Origin: a virus | Taxonomy: Duplodnaviria > Caudoviricetes | Strand: one strand, 5' to 3' | IMG/VR virus record: IMGVR_UViG_3300049988_000286 | Span: 435,573 to 499,572 of that record | Length of the DNA: 64,000 bases | Shown here: positions 41,974 to 53,246 of the stretch, piece by piece | How positions within the stretch are numbered: position 1 is the first letter of the stretch | Layout of the letters: each line of letters begins with the position of its first letter | Notes under the pieces: generated by a model | Told to the model about the DNA's origin: nothing | The model's input: the letters and a program-made list of their open reading frames with translations, nothing else | The model's database searches: none | Made by a program: the position numbers and the translations under genes

Positions 41974-43164
41974 GTGAACATTCTCGAACGCCTTCGTGAG
42001 CGCGGCCTTTTCAAGGACGCGACCTTCACTGCTGCGCCGGAGGTGACCACCGCGTATGTGGGCTTCGACCTCACCGCGCCGTCGCTCCACGTCGGTTCGC
42101 TCATCCCCCTGATGGCGATGCGCTGGCTCGCGATGTCAGGGCACCGGGTCTTCGCACTACTCGGGGAGGCGACGACGCGGATCGGCGATCCCTCGGGTAA
42201 GGACGAGACGCGCCGAATGCTCGGTGAGGATGAGATCGAGCGCAATCGTCAAGGCATCGAGGCGGTCATTCGCCGCATCGTCCCAGACGCGACGATCGTC
42301 TCCAACGGCGACTGGTTCAACGGCGTCGATCCATCCTTCATGTCGTTCCTCGTCGATTATGGTCCGCACTTCACGGTCAATCGCATGATGGCCATGGATT
42401 CGGTGAAGCGTCGGCTCGATCGGCACCAACCCCTGACCTTCCTCGAATTCAGCTACTCGCTCTTACAGGCCGTGGACTTTCGAGAGATGCATCTGCGCCA
42501 CGGCGTTGATCTCCAGATCGGTGGATCGGACCAGTGGGGCAACATCGTCTCCGGTGTGGAGGTAGTGCGTCGCCGCGACGGGAAGGAGGTCATGGGTCTC
42601 ACCACGCCGCTGCTCCTCGATCGCGAGGGCAACAAAATGGGTAAGTCACAGGGTCGCCCGGTCTGGCTCGACGCAGAGATGACACCGGTCTTCGACTTCT
42701 TCCAGTTCTGGCGCAACTGCGCGGATGAGGATGTAGAGCGCTTCTACCTGATGTTCACCACCGTGGCGAAAGTGTCCATCGACGCGATGGTGCGCAGCCG
42801 CGTCGCGCCCCTCGATATCAATCGTGTAAAGAAGGCCTTGGCGTTCGACATCACCGAAGTGGTGCATGGCCGGGAAGCAGCGCGCGCCGCACTCGCCCAT
42901 GCGGAAGCGGTCTTCGAGCGCGGTGATACCACCAAACTCACACCGTCGATGACCCTGACGGCCCCGCGATCTCTCGTGGAGGTCATGGTGGCGCTCGGAC
43001 TCGCGGAGTCGAAGTCGGCGGCTCGGCGGCTCATCGCCGGTAACGCCGTGTCTCTCGATGGTGAAAAGATCAGTCAAGATCGCCTGATTGATCACGATGT
43101 CGTAATTCGTGCTGGTAAGAAGGCACCCTTGATGGTAGAGTTCGCTCCGGAGACAAATCAATGA
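41974..43164 (+). CDS. tyrS: Tyrosyl-tRNA synthetase
   Basis: AYVGFDLTAPSLHVG (HIGH), QIGGSDQWGNI, KMGKS, C-terminal S4-like domain. Confidence 0.95.
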   Translation: MNILERLRERGLFKDATFTAAPEVTTAYVGFDLTAPSLHVGSLIPLMAMRWLAMSGHRVFALLGEATTRIGDPSGKDETRRMLGEDEIERNRQGIEAVIRRIVPDATIVSNGDWFNGVDPSFMSFLVDYGPHFTVNRMMAMDSVKRRLDRHQPLTFLEFSYSLLQAVDFREMHLRHGVDLQIGGSDQWGNIVSGVEVVRRRDGKEVMGLTTPLLLDREGNKMGKSQGRPVWLDAEMTPVFDFFQFWRNCADEDVERFYLMFTTVAKVSIDAMVRSRVAPLDINRVKKALAFDITEVVHGREAARAALAHAEAVFERGDTTKLTPSMTLTAPRSLVEVMVALGLAESKSAARRLIAGNAVSLDGEKISQDRLIDHDVVIRAGKKAPLMVEFAPETNQ

Positions 43165-44666
43165 TCACCCATCTACTGCTCGCCGCTGCTTCGCTGATCG
43201 GCCTTGACTATAGCGCGACGCTCAAGGGCACCGCCCTCGATCCGGCGCGGCGATCAACCGGCGTGGCGCGTGAAGTCTTCGTCTCGACCCTCAACGGTCC
43301 GCAGAAGCCGGGCGTCGAGGTGGAAATCCGAGGACGCAAGCTAGTGGTGTTCGAGACCTGCATGGCGAACTTCTGTCCCTTCTCCCACAGCGTCATTGCG
43401 ATCGATCCAGAGACGCACGCCCTCTACGCGGCATCGTTCACCGACGAGGGCAAACAGGTAGTGGTGGGCAATCCCGAGATCGAGCAACTGATCGGTCGGG
43501 CGTGCGATGAAGTCGAATGCGACTTCGAGAAGGTCATCGCGACTGCCCAGCCGGTTCGGGGCGAGACGCTTCCCGATAGTGCTGCCGCCGATGAGGGGGC
43601 ATCCTGCACCGCTGTGCGCGCCAGTGACGGCGGCAAACTGCTCGTCACGTCGGGGAATGCGCTGATGCGGTGGAAGGGCGTGATGCGCCGCCTTCGCGAG
43701 CCCGGTATCGGCGGACCCACGCTTTATAGCGAGGATCAGGGTTCGCCGATCGTCGTGACCCTCAAGCCTCGACCCGGCGCAGTCAAGATGCTGGAAGAGG
43801 GTTCGGTCAGGCCGATGACCCTTTCGGTGTTGGACAACAACGCCGTGACGAGCGTCGATGTTCTGCTGCGATGCGAGGCCTGACAGTGGGCCGCTGGGGC
43901 ACCCGTGATGGACGCCTACATACGATCGAGTGGCAGAGCGATGTTGTGATCGAGCAAGGGCTGCGCGTCGGCCGCAACTTCCACAACGGCGAGGACTCCT
44001 ATCGCTACCGGGAGTTGCCGCGCGGAGGGGTGGAACTCGTTATCCGCTATCGGACCTTCGGGATCGAGGACGTGCGCACCATGCGGGACCGTCGCCAAGC
44101 TGGTAAGTACGCCTCCACGCTGTGGCTGCGAGAGTACAACAAGAGGATCGAGGCATGAAGATTACCGAGCCGAGTGCCAAGCGTCGCACAATCCCGCTCA
44201 AGCGTCTCTGGCGTATGTGCAGGGACGAGGAAGCGCTCGCCACGATCGCTTATAGGCATCGCCTCGATGAGGTGCATGAGTGCTGCCGCCGCCGCAATCT
44301 CCTCATGGATGCGATCTTCCATCATCCGGACAACATCTACAGCAGAGGCGCGATCTCGTCGCGGATCATCCACGGGCTGTCGGGGCACGAGGATCGTCTC
44401 AAGGACGAGTTCCCCGCATCGTGATCAAGGTTCGCTTTCATGCAGGTGGCTGCTGGATGGTCGATGTTGGGTCGCCCGAACATGGATTACCCGGCTGTAT
44501 CTTTTCCTCCACCGAGGAGGTAAAGCGGTGGTCGGTCGCAAACCTCGCGGGCGAATGGCACTTCCAGTCCTCGTTCTATGAGGAGACGAAAAGGGATGTG
44601 CTCTGGGTCAGACTAGAGGTTGTCGATGAAACCGATGTGGAATTGCTTCGGTTGAGATTTTCATAA
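43161..44666 (+). other. Hypothetical genes (43161-43883 secreted, 43871-44158, 44155-44424, 44421-44666)
   Basis: Overlapping co-oriented ORFs; the first has a signal peptide and Cys pairs. Confidence 0.5.
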
Positions 44667-44673
44667 GGAGACA

Positions 44674-45939
44674 GTGGTGAGCAGTATTCATGTTCTCGGC
44701 GGCGGCACGTTCGCGCACGTGCGTGCGCACCTCGCGTTATCGGCTCCCGCATTTGGTTCGACGGCCCGGCGGATCGCCGACCTGATCTCGCGTCAACTGA
44801 TCGAGGAGGGCAAGGACACCGAGGAGGTGACGCTTCACCTGACCCGTATGGCGCATCCCGAGAACACCTTCGCGCCGGTGACGAATCAGCATGTCGCCAC
44901 GCTGGTTGATCGGCTCGTCGCCGATCCGGAGACGCGAATCATCTACCTCAACGTCGCGCTGTGCGACTATGACGGAGCGGTGGGGGAAACGCCGTCTGGT
45001 AAGTACGCAGAGCGCTTGAAGACGAGCGAGGGCGAGCAGACCGTCGTCCTGACCCCATCGGACAAGATCATTTCGCGCATCCGGCGTGACCGCAAGGACA
45101 TCTTCCTCGTCGCGTTCAAGACGACGGCGGGCGCGACCCCTGATGAGCAGTATGTGGCGGGCCTCAACCTCCTCAAGGCCAACTCCGCCAACCTCGTGCT
45201 CGCCAACGATCTCATCACGCGCAACAACATGGTGATCGCCCCGGAGGAGACCCGCTATCACGAGACGACCGATCGCGATGCAGCGTTGCGCGGGTTGATC
45301 GAGATGACCAACAGCCGATCGACGAACCATTTCACGCGCTCGACGGTGGTGGAGGGCCAGCCGGTCGATTTCCAGAACGATCCTCGTGTCCCGGCAAATC
45401 TGCGCGAGGTGGTCAACCATCTGGTGGCGCGAGGGGCGTATAAACCGTTTCGCCAAAAAACGGTCGGGCATTTTGCTGCCCGCCTCCGCGACGGGGCTTG
45501 TCTCACGTCTCGACGGAAGGTGAACTTTAACGACACAAACGGCCTTGATCTGGTTGAGGTCGGCTATGAGGGTACCGACCGGGTAATTGCTCATGGAGCG
45601 AAGCCCAGTGTTGGTGGACAAAGCCAGCGGGTGATCTTTTCAAATCACCCCGACATCGACTGCATAGCGCACGCGCACGTTGAAATGCGTCCCGATGCGC
45701 GGGATCGTGATAAAATTGCTCTGGATTCGGGACAGTGGAGAAGAGAGTGCGGCAGCACAGAGTGCGGCCAATCAGTTTCTGATCTGCTACCCCAAACCAA
45801 AGGCGTGCGGGCGGTCATGATCGAAAACCACGGACCAAACATCGTTTTCTCTCGCGATACGCCAGCGGAGGAAGTGATTAATTTCATCGACGCTAATTTT
45901 GATCTGGGTAAGAAAACAGGAGGGGGTGTATTCGCTTAA
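44674..45939 (+). CDS. CoaB (phosphopantothenoylcysteine synthetase)-like domain fused to a class II aldolase/adducin-like domain
   Basis: GGGT...SAPAFG, NVALCDY, LVAFKTT, NLVLAND (Dfp C-terminal domain); C-terminal CIAHAH and IENHGP. Confidence 0.65.
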   Translation: MVSSIHVLGGGTFAHVRAHLALSAPAFGSTARRIADLISRQLIEEGKDTEEVTLHLTRMAHPENTFAPVTNQHVATLVDRLVADPETRIIYLNVALCDYDGAVGETPSGKYAERLKTSEGEQTVVLTPSDKIISRIRRDRKDIFLVAFKTTAGATPDEQYVAGLNLLKANSANLVLANDLITRNNMVIAPEETRYHETTDRDAALRGLIEMTNSRSTNHFTRSTVVEGQPVDFQNDPRVPANLREVVNHLVARGAYKPFRQKTVGHFAARLRDGACLTSRRKVNFNDTNGLDLVEVGYEGTDRVIAHGAKPSVGGQSQRVIFSNHPDIDCIAHAHVEMRPDARDRDKIALDSGQWRRECGSTECGQSVSDLLPQTKGVRAVMIENHGPNIVFSRDTPAEEVINFIDANFDLGKKTGGGVFA

Positions 45940-45991
45940 TTTCGTCAAAGCGGGCGACAAGGCGAATATGCTCCACGCATGACCAGCCCTT

Positions 45992-47271
45992 ATGATTGGC
46001 TTTGATCAGGATCGAGAAAGCAAAGGGCTGATGGCCGTCCGTATCATCTTTGAGCCGTATCCTTGGCGTGTTGTGATCGACCTCTGGGAGCCCGACCGGA
46101 CGTGGCTCTACCATGACACCATTGTGAGGAAATGGCTTGCCGCGAACATCGACGACGATCGTTGGATAGGCTTTGAGAAAACCCGGTACTCGAACGGCAG
46201 CAAACCTATCTACAATGGCGATTGTCTTGAATTATATTGCGCCAATGAGGAGGATGCGCAATTGATTAGGCTGGCTTTCGAGGGTAGGTGATGTTCTGGG
46301 TTCTTCTCGCACTCTTGGTAGGCGTTGTGTGGCTGGAGTCGAGCCTTGTGGCGGGCGTCTTGGTAGCGCTCGCCATGATGTTCCTCATGTTCTTCCTCCT
46401 CATCTTGCGCGAACTCATCGACATGATCCGCTACCGCGACGAGTATATCCGCTGCATAGAGGCAATCCGGGGCGAGGATGATGAGCGCATCGATCACGTC
46501 AATTTGATCAATCGTCACTTCTACGTCGGTCGCGCATTTCGATGCAGTTCCGGCCCTGACGGTCTCGATGTGGGATACCACTACTCGATCCAAGTTCGAC
46601 CAAAGGAGGGTGGTGGTGGGGGCGGCTTCGACGCCATGCCGCTGTTTTTCTCGTGAGGAGGAAGGTCAGGTTCCGCACGGAGCGCGGTGATGTGCGTGCC
46701 TATCGTTGGCCCGAAGATATAGAAGAGATGGCTGTCTCTGCCAGAAATTGGCTCGACGCTAATGTGACATGGCGTGGCTTCAGCGAGTCACCGGCCGAGT
46801 TCAACGGTCAAGAAACAGCATGGTCGATGTGGAACGGTCGTGAGCATTGTTTCGAGATCATCGTCACTGATCGGCACGAGGAACGGCTAGTGCGTATGCG
46901 CTTCCCAATTTGGTAAATACTCGATGATTTACCTTATCGGTCTTGCCGCTCTTGTCCTTTTCGCGATCATTACCCTATCGGCGAGGTCGAGCACCACTGC
47001 GTCAAGGGAGCGTTCGTTTCGATTCTGGAGGCGCGTTGCCGCCAAGGCGCGAGAGCGGATGGAGCACAACAGTGCTGGCGGGGAGCGTTGCCCTAATTGT
47101 CGCCGCTGGTCGTGGGAGATGGACGAGGAGCCCCGCTGGCGTCACACCGCCGTTGCATCGACGATGCGCTGCGGCACCTGTTCGCACACCAGCCGTTGGG
47201 CAACCGGTCCCGGCATCATGATCCCCCTCAAGCCCTTGATGGCACCGATTATTCTAGACCCCGATACTTGA
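45992..47271 (+). other. Hypothetical genes (45992-46291, 46288-46656, 46653-46916, 46924-47271)
   Basis: Co-oriented ORFs; two carry the C-terminal D-x-x-L motif, two have N-terminal TM segments, the last has CxxC pairs. Confidence 0.5.
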
Positions 47272-47304
47272 AAGACGCTACTCCCACGGGCGAGGAGAAC
47301 CCCT

Positions 47305-47784
47305 GTGCCGAATTGCGAGATCGAGCGTAAGTTTCTGGTCAGCCAACCGTGGCGCGCCATCATTTCCGATTATATGCCGTGGCCCCCACGCAACATCGAG
47401 CAATGCTACCTCGGCGACACTGGTGCATGGGCGATCCGAGCCCGGAAGGTGTTCCGGCACGAGCAAGGGATCACGGAACATATCTTGACGATGAAGCGCC
47501 ATCTCACGGGGTTCACGGCGGTAGAGATCGAGCAGAACGTTGAACCCCGCTTCTACGATCAGATCGCAGAGATGTGCGGGCACGAACCTTTGACCAAGCT
47601 GCGCTTCGACTGTGCGCGTTGGGAATTGGATGTCTTCCAAGGGCGGCTCGAAGGACTCGTCATCGCGGAGATTGAACTCGCGTCAGAGGACGAGGCCTTT
47701 GATCGTCCGGTATGGCTTGGTGAGGAGGTAACGAGTGATCGCCGATATTCCAATTACGCCCTGTCGCGCCGCCTAATCAAATAA
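47305..47784 (+). CDS. CYTH-domain protein (triphosphate tunnel metalloenzyme)
   Basis: EIERKFL, IEQCY, RARK, WELDVF, IAEIEL, YSN motifs. Confidence 0.88.
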   Translation: MPNCEIERKFLVSQPWRAIISDYMPWPPRNIEQCYLGDTGAWAIRARKVFRHEQGITEHILTMKRHLTGFTAVEIEQNVEPRFYDQIAEMCGHEPLTKLRFDCARWELDVFQGRLEGLVIAEIELASEDEAFDRPVWLGEEVTSDRRYSNYALSRRLIK

Positions 47785-47835
47785 CTGTTGACAGTTCGGT
47801 GATGGTAGTCTAGATCGGGGTCAAGGAGAACGCCC

Positions 47836-48725
47836 ATGACCGCCATGATGGACCGGAGTTATTATCGTCAGCTTCGCCGTGATGGCCTGACCGTTCAAGC
47901 GGCGGTTCGCGGTGTTCGCCAATACGACATGTTCCGCTCGCGTCTCGCCAGCTATGTCGCCGCAGGAGACAAGCGGTCCCGCGCCGCAAAGAAGGGTTGG
48001 AAGACTCGCCGTGCTAACCTCAAGAAGGGTCTGTGATCATGCAGGATGTTCTCGTCATTCTCGGTGCTCGTCCGTCCACCAATCCCTACGGGACCGAGAC
48101 GCGGCAGGTAATTGTTTCGCCCGGCTCGCACGACGGTGATCAACTCGATCGCACCCGCGCGCTGGTGCGGGAGATGAACGAAGAGTTGGGCGACTACGAT
48201 GTCTCGCTGGCCATCGAGCCCGATACCGATGCCATGATCGCGGTCATGGCAGAGGTGACCGGCAGGGTTATGACGCGCGATGAGGTTGAAGCCTTGCAGG
48301 AGAATCGGTTCTTCCGCGAAGCGCGCGACGCCCATCAGCAGTATATCCGGCTGCGCCACGCGGAAGACATCGCACTCTCGCGGGTGATTCGCGAGCGGCG
48401 CTGGGACGACAATCCGCGCTCGATCCGCGAGACGATGCGGCGGCAGCGGCGTGGTAAGCGCTAAAAGGAAGCGACGATGAACGAACCGACTGGCAAACCG
48501 AACGTTATCGATTACCCCGAATCAAGACCGAACCGCGTGGTCTTCCCCATTACCGAAGAAGAGCATCTTGCTCTTGCAAGCGACGATCTCATCTTCAAGG
48601 TAGTCGGGTATGGGAAGATGTCGATCCGCTCTTATACCGGGGGACAAGATGTGAGCGTCGAGCGAGAGTTCGCGAAGGTAGCGCGGCTGACCATCGAGGC
48701 TATCAGAGCGCGACCCTCGGTTTAA
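47836..48725 (+). other. Hypothetical genes (47836-48036, 48033-48464, 48477-48725)
   Basis: Downstream of TTGACA-17-TAGTCT at 47788; SD AAGGAG. Confidence 0.55.
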
Positions 48726-48760
48726 TCCTAACCGCGACTTGTGCAACATGAATACTGCGG

Positions 48761-49519
48761 GTGAGGATATCGTTTGGTATTCTCACCTTCATGTTCTCAC
48801 CACTATTCACCGAGGTCGCCGACACGACGGCGAAAGAGTACCGCGCCGTAGAGGTAGTACCAGAAGGTCATGAGCCGCTCGCGGAACCGTTCAACAATCT
48901 TTCGCTGCGCCAAAAGCCCGACGATCAGCCGTCCCCATATGAGATCGCCCGCCACTATAGCGGCTCTGGTGGACAGTCTGTGCTCCCGCCCGTCGCGGGC
49001 AAACGCCTGAAACTGGTATTAAAAACGGTAGAGACTGACCGAGCAGTGTCCTCGATCGAGGAAGCCGAACTGGCGGTGCTCAACCTCACCTACCAGTCTA
49101 CGAATGTTATGCGCTTCGACGGTAAACGACACGGGTCGTGTGTCGGCGACATCAACGCGGCCTTCGCCATTCTGATCAACCGTGCCGCGAACGTCATTGC
49201 AGCGCGCACCCGGCGCGGAGCGGGTAACTTGGTGTTCATGCACCCCGACAGCCTCAAGATCATCACATCGATGACCACCAATGCCTTCAGGGCGTCGAGC
49301 GAGGAAGAAACGGTAGGCCTATGGGCCATGGCCGGGGTGTTAAACGGCTGCATGGTCGTCTACACCAATCCCGACTTCACCATGGACCGCGCGGTGGTGG
49401 TGTATCAGGGTTGGATCGGCGACGGTCCCGCGCAGTTGCTCAATCGCGACGGAAAAACCTTCCTCGCCATTCACGACAACGCCCTCGATTATGTCGGCAC
49501 GGTGCTGATCGAACAGTGA
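48761..49519 (+). CDS. Truncated T4 gp23/gp24-like capsid protein paralog
   Basis: INRAANVIAARTRRGAGNLVFMHP and AGVLNGCMVVY blocks resemble the gp23 C-terminal half; only ~250 aa; start uncertain. Confidence 0.7.
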   Translation: MRISFGILTFMFSPLFTEVADTTAKEYRAVEVVPEGHEPLAEPFNNLSLRQKPDDQPSPYEIARHYSGSGGQSVLPPVAGKRLKLVLKTVETDRAVSSIEEAELAVLNLTYQSTNVMRFDGKRHGSCVGDINAAFAILINRAANVIAARTRRGAGNLVFMHPDSLKIITSMTTNAFRASSEEETVGLWAMAGVLNGCMVVYTNPDFTMDRAVVVYQGWIGDGPAQLLNRDGKTFLAIHDNALDYVGTVLIEQ

Positions 49520-49525
49520 TGTCGT

Positions 49526-50461
49526 TCAGCGCCGGTGATTGACACGATCCCGGATGGTCGCCTCCATCTCGGTATTCATCTCGATCACCGTTGCATCGAA
49601 GCCCGCACGGATCGCCGCAGCGCCGGTTGACCCAGTACCCGCGAAGGGATCGAGGACGTGTCCGCCCGGTGGGCACGCCAGCGCTACCAAGGCTTCCATG
49701 AGATCGAGATTTTTCACACTGGGGTGGTTACTTTTGTGGTCCTTCACGCTAGCTTTTGGAAATTCGAACACGGTTGAGGGCCAGCCGCCGGTGCGGCGCT
49801 TGATCTCGCCGATGTTCAACGCTCCAACACCGTGGAGACGAACACTGTCGATCATCCGCTTCTCCTCGATGGGCTTCTGTGCGAGCACGATCGGTTCCTG
49901 TGCGGGCTTGAGGGTATTCATCCCATAGTAGAAGCCGTCCCACTTCTTCGCCTCTTCGGAAACGCCGCGCTCCTTGACGACAAACTCCTTGGTGTTGCGG
50001 GCTTGCGCACCGTGCTTCTCGTTCGCGGAGGTGAAGCCCGAACCAGTCTTCGTCCCCAGCACCTTGCGATCCTTCACGTTGTCGCGGTCGAACAACTCCG
50101 AGAGGTTGGCGGGCTTGGGTAGACCACCACCGAATTGCCACTGTAGGGGCGGATAGAGGGTCATCCCAGCATCCTCGATCGCACAAGCGACGCGGTGATA
50201 CTTGCGTCCCGCCGCGAAGGCGAGAAGGAAGCCACCCGGCTTGAGGACATCCATGCAGAGGGTCCAGAACTCCTTGTTGAAGACCAACTCGCCGTGATCC
50301 CACACGTCGCCGTATCCGTGCAAATTGATGCCATACGGCGGATCGGACACGATCGCATCGAAGCGCACCCCCTCTGCCTTCAAGCGCTTCATGACTTCGA
50401 CGCAATCGCCGATCTCGATGTTCAGGGTGCCCCGCTCGGGGAAAGAGATGAATTCGTCCAC
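49526..50461 (-). CDS. N6-adenine/N4-cytosine DNA methyltransferase (beta-type order)
   Basis: SDPPY catalytic motif N-terminal, HPSVK and LDPFAGTGST SAM motif C-terminal; GTG start 4 nt after TAAATA. Confidence 0.9.
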   Translation of the reverse strand: MDEFISFPERGTLNIEIGDCVEVMKRLKAEGVRFDAIVSDPPYGINLHGYGDVWDHGELVFNKEFWTLCMDVLKPGGFLLAFAAGRKYHRVACAIEDAGMTLYPPLQWQFGGGLPKPANLSELFDRDNVKDRKVLGTKTGSGFTSANEKHGAQARNTKEFVVKERGVSEEAKKWDGFYYGMNTLKPAQEPIVLAQKPIEEKRMIDSVRLHGVGALNIGEIKRRTGGWPSTVFEFPKASVKDHKSNHPSVKNLDLMEALVALACPPGGHVLDPFAGTGSTGAAAIRAGFDATVIEMNTEMEATIRDRVNHRR

Positions 50462-50534
50462 CAACTATTTAGTCAGGATATAATCGTTTATCCTTGACGA
50501 CATTGTAGTTCGGCCTTATAGCGGCTGTCGAAAG

Positions 50535-51373
50535 GTGACCACCATGACCAACGAGATGATCCTGACCGCCATCGCCAAGGCCGCATCGCGCTACACCGCC
50601 GAGATCGACACCGATGCCCTGACGATCACGCTCGCCAACGGCGCTTCCGTCATGGTTGGCTCCAACCCGTGCACGATCAAGGTCATGATGAACGGCATCG
50701 ACCAGCGCGTCGATCTGTGGTTCGGTTACATCCGGGATACCAAGAACTTCGTCGAGACGCTCACGACGAAGCTCAACGCAAGCCTCGACCGGGCGGACAA
50801 ACTGGTCCCCTACGAGGGAGACGCCATTCGGGTTTGCAAGCAGGTAACCGAGGACAGCAGCTACGACATCGCTACCGACCTCGATGCCGCCATCTCGAAG
50901 ATGCAGCGCGACCGCACTTATTACACGCGGGAGGGATGGACCAATCTCAAGCTCGAATACGCACAGGGGTCGTATTCCGATTACGATCGTCTCTTTCTGG
51001 TAGGAGAGCGTATGGAAACCGCTGCGGAGACGAACAAGCGCATTCGTCGGGAAGACGCAGTGAAGATCGCTCGTGATCAGCGTGACCGCGAGGAGTGGGA
51101 GCGCCTCAACAAGCGTTTCGGATCGCAGTCGTGAAGATTCCGACCTTTTCGAGCGCGGGCATCCACTGGAAGGCGGGGGAGGGCCGCACCACCTTGGCTG
51201 ATCTCGGGGTGCGATCCTTTCCCGCCAGCTTCTACATCCGCTCCGCCCGCACCGGGAAGACTCGCCTTTTCCTCAACGACAACGAGACCAACGCCGCCAA
51301 CGAGTTCTTCGACGGCGAGGCGACGGTCTACTTTAGCCCCGGCGAGGGGCTGCGCATCACAATTCGGGCTTGA
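50535..51373 (+). other. Two hypothetical genes (50535-51134, 51131-51373)
   Basis: TTGACG-17-TATAGC promoter-like element at 50494; GTGA overlap. Confidence 0.55.
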
Positions 51374-51403
51374 TCCCTCGGTAGTTCGCGGTTAGGACAG
51401 GGC

Positions 51404-51931
51404 ATGAAAAAATACAGTCGTTTCCTTTCGCTGATCCTCCGTCACCAGCCCGAAGTGGGTGATCTCACACTCGATGGTGAGGGTTGGGCAAAGGTCAGTG
51501 ATGTCATGGCCTCACTGCGGACCCACGTCGGCCCCTTCAACCGCGACCAACTCGATGAACTCGTTTCCACCAACGACAAGCAGCGCTTCCGCTTCAACGA
51601 TACCGGGGATCGCATCCGCGCCAATCAGGGGCATAGCGTCGAGGTCGATCTTGGACTGATCTCCGCCACGCCACCGCCGATACTCTACCATGGCACCAAG
51701 CGCGACTTTCTTGATGCCATCATGGCGGAAGGGTTGAAGCCCGGTCAGCGCCAGCACGTCCATCTCTCCGACGCTCTAGAAACCGCCAACGCGGTGGCGA
51801 ACCGGCGGCGTGGCGCGAGCGTCATCCTCCTCGTCGATACCGCGAAGTGCCCCACGGCGTTCTTCCGCAGCGACAATGGTGTGTGGCTCACCGACGCGGT
51901 GCCCGCCGAGGCGCTATCGCTGCATTTCTGA
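51404..51931 (+). CDS. kptA: RNA 2'-phosphotransferase (Tpt1/KptA)
   Basis: LSLILRH, DKQRF, RIRANQGHS, LYHGT, RQHVHLS, SDNGVWL motifs. Confidence 0.93.
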   Translation: MKKYSRFLSLILRHQPEVGDLTLDGEGWAKVSDVMASLRTHVGPFNRDQLDELVSTNDKQRFRFNDTGDRIRANQGHSVEVDLGLISATPPPILYHGTKRDFLDAIMAEGLKPGQRQHVHLSDALETANAVANRRRGASVILLVDTAKCPTAFFRSDNGVWLTDAVPAEALSLHF

Positions 51932-52088
51932 TGTTCCGCAAGGTAGGTCATTGGTTAAAGATGAGGCGGCTGCGGCGATTGGTGGCCAATGACCTAATCG
52001 CCCCCGGTTGTCGCGATTGTGGTGGCATGGGGGATATGCCGGTGTGCCAAGGTTGTGGTATGCGCTGGCCGCGACAAAGGAGACGATC

Positions 52089-52460
52089 ATGACCGAGACT
52101 TGCGCCCTCACCTTCCTCGACGAAACCGGGGATACTACGATCTGTTGGGATGAAGACACCGCCGCGACGATGGTGCCCATCATCGAGCGCAAGATGGCGG
52201 AGGGCTACAAGTTCTACATCATCAAGCCCGTGCCGCTCACCAAGATGACTCGGCTCGGTAAGGCGAAGAACATCGCGGAGGTCTCCAAAGCTGGCTCGGT
52301 GGTGATCAAGGACGCGGAGTTGGAGCAACTCTTCCTTGGTGGGAAGATCGCCACGACGCGCGGGACCAACGACAACATCGATGCAGTGCGGAAGGCCACC
52401 TCGGCGAACGACGTGGCGACGAATCAATCGGTTGGCGTGAGGGCGCAGCGCGGTGGGTGA
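52089..52460 (+). CDS. Small protein ending in -RGG (ubiquitin-like candidate)
   Basis: 123 aa after SD AAGGAG; LDETGDTTICWD near the N-terminus; ends VRAQRGG-stop. Confidence 0.55.
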   Translation: MTETCALTFLDETGDTTICWDEDTAATMVPIIERKMAEGYKFYIIKPVPLTKMTRLGKAKNIAEVSKAGSVVIKDAELEQLFLGGKIATTRGTNDNIDAVRKATSANDVATNQSVGVRAQRGG

Positions 52461-53246
52461 CACTCCCAAGATGATGCGGGGCGAAGAGTTGCAGCGGTGG
52501 CGGGCCAAGAACCTGCGCCTCAATGCAACTCATCGCCTCGCCCCCGGTGATCGCCTCATGGATCGGTGGTGGTGCACAGGCGTCATCACGAAGGTAGTCG
52601 AGCCTCGCAACCCTAGTATCGAAGATCATGGGACGATTTATGTGACCCTCGATACCGGCGACGAAGAGCACTATGCTTGGTTCAACTGGCAGGAAAAATT
52701 CAGGATTACACCCGGTGGCTGACCCCGCGCGCCTCTTCGATGAATACGACATCGTGCGAACGCTTGTCGATTATGAGTCACAGGATGACGGAAAAATTCG
52801 GAAAGGGAGTGTGGGCACGATTGTTCACCTCCATCTCCGTAGCTCGTACTCCGGGGGCTTCGCCTATATGGTAGAGTTCACAGAACCAGCCACGGTGGTG
52901 ACTTTCGAGGAAGGCCTCCTTGAGAAGGCAATACTCGACCCCGTTAATCGGCTGGAGCGCTGGCTCCTCAAGGGCGGCACTCGCCGCGCTTACTTCGCTG
53001 CTCACTTCATCAGCCCTCGTCGGCAAGTTGAATTGTTCGAACACGCGGGATCGAGCAATGGTTAAGTGGCGGGTCTGGATTTTGGTGTTCGCTGGTGCGG
53101 GAGGTGCTGCGGCATCGTGGGGCACGGGGGCTGGATTGCCTCCGGTGTTCTTCCCGAGTCATGCTGATTGTGAGCGCGTGCGCCGCGCCGCCGATGGGGC
53201 GGGCAATCCCCAGTGTGTGTACACCACCGTGTTGCTGCCGCGCTGA
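52453..53246 (+). other. Small hypothetical genes (52453-52722, 52715-53065, 53058-53246)
   Basis: Overlapping co-oriented ORFs. Confidence 0.5.
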
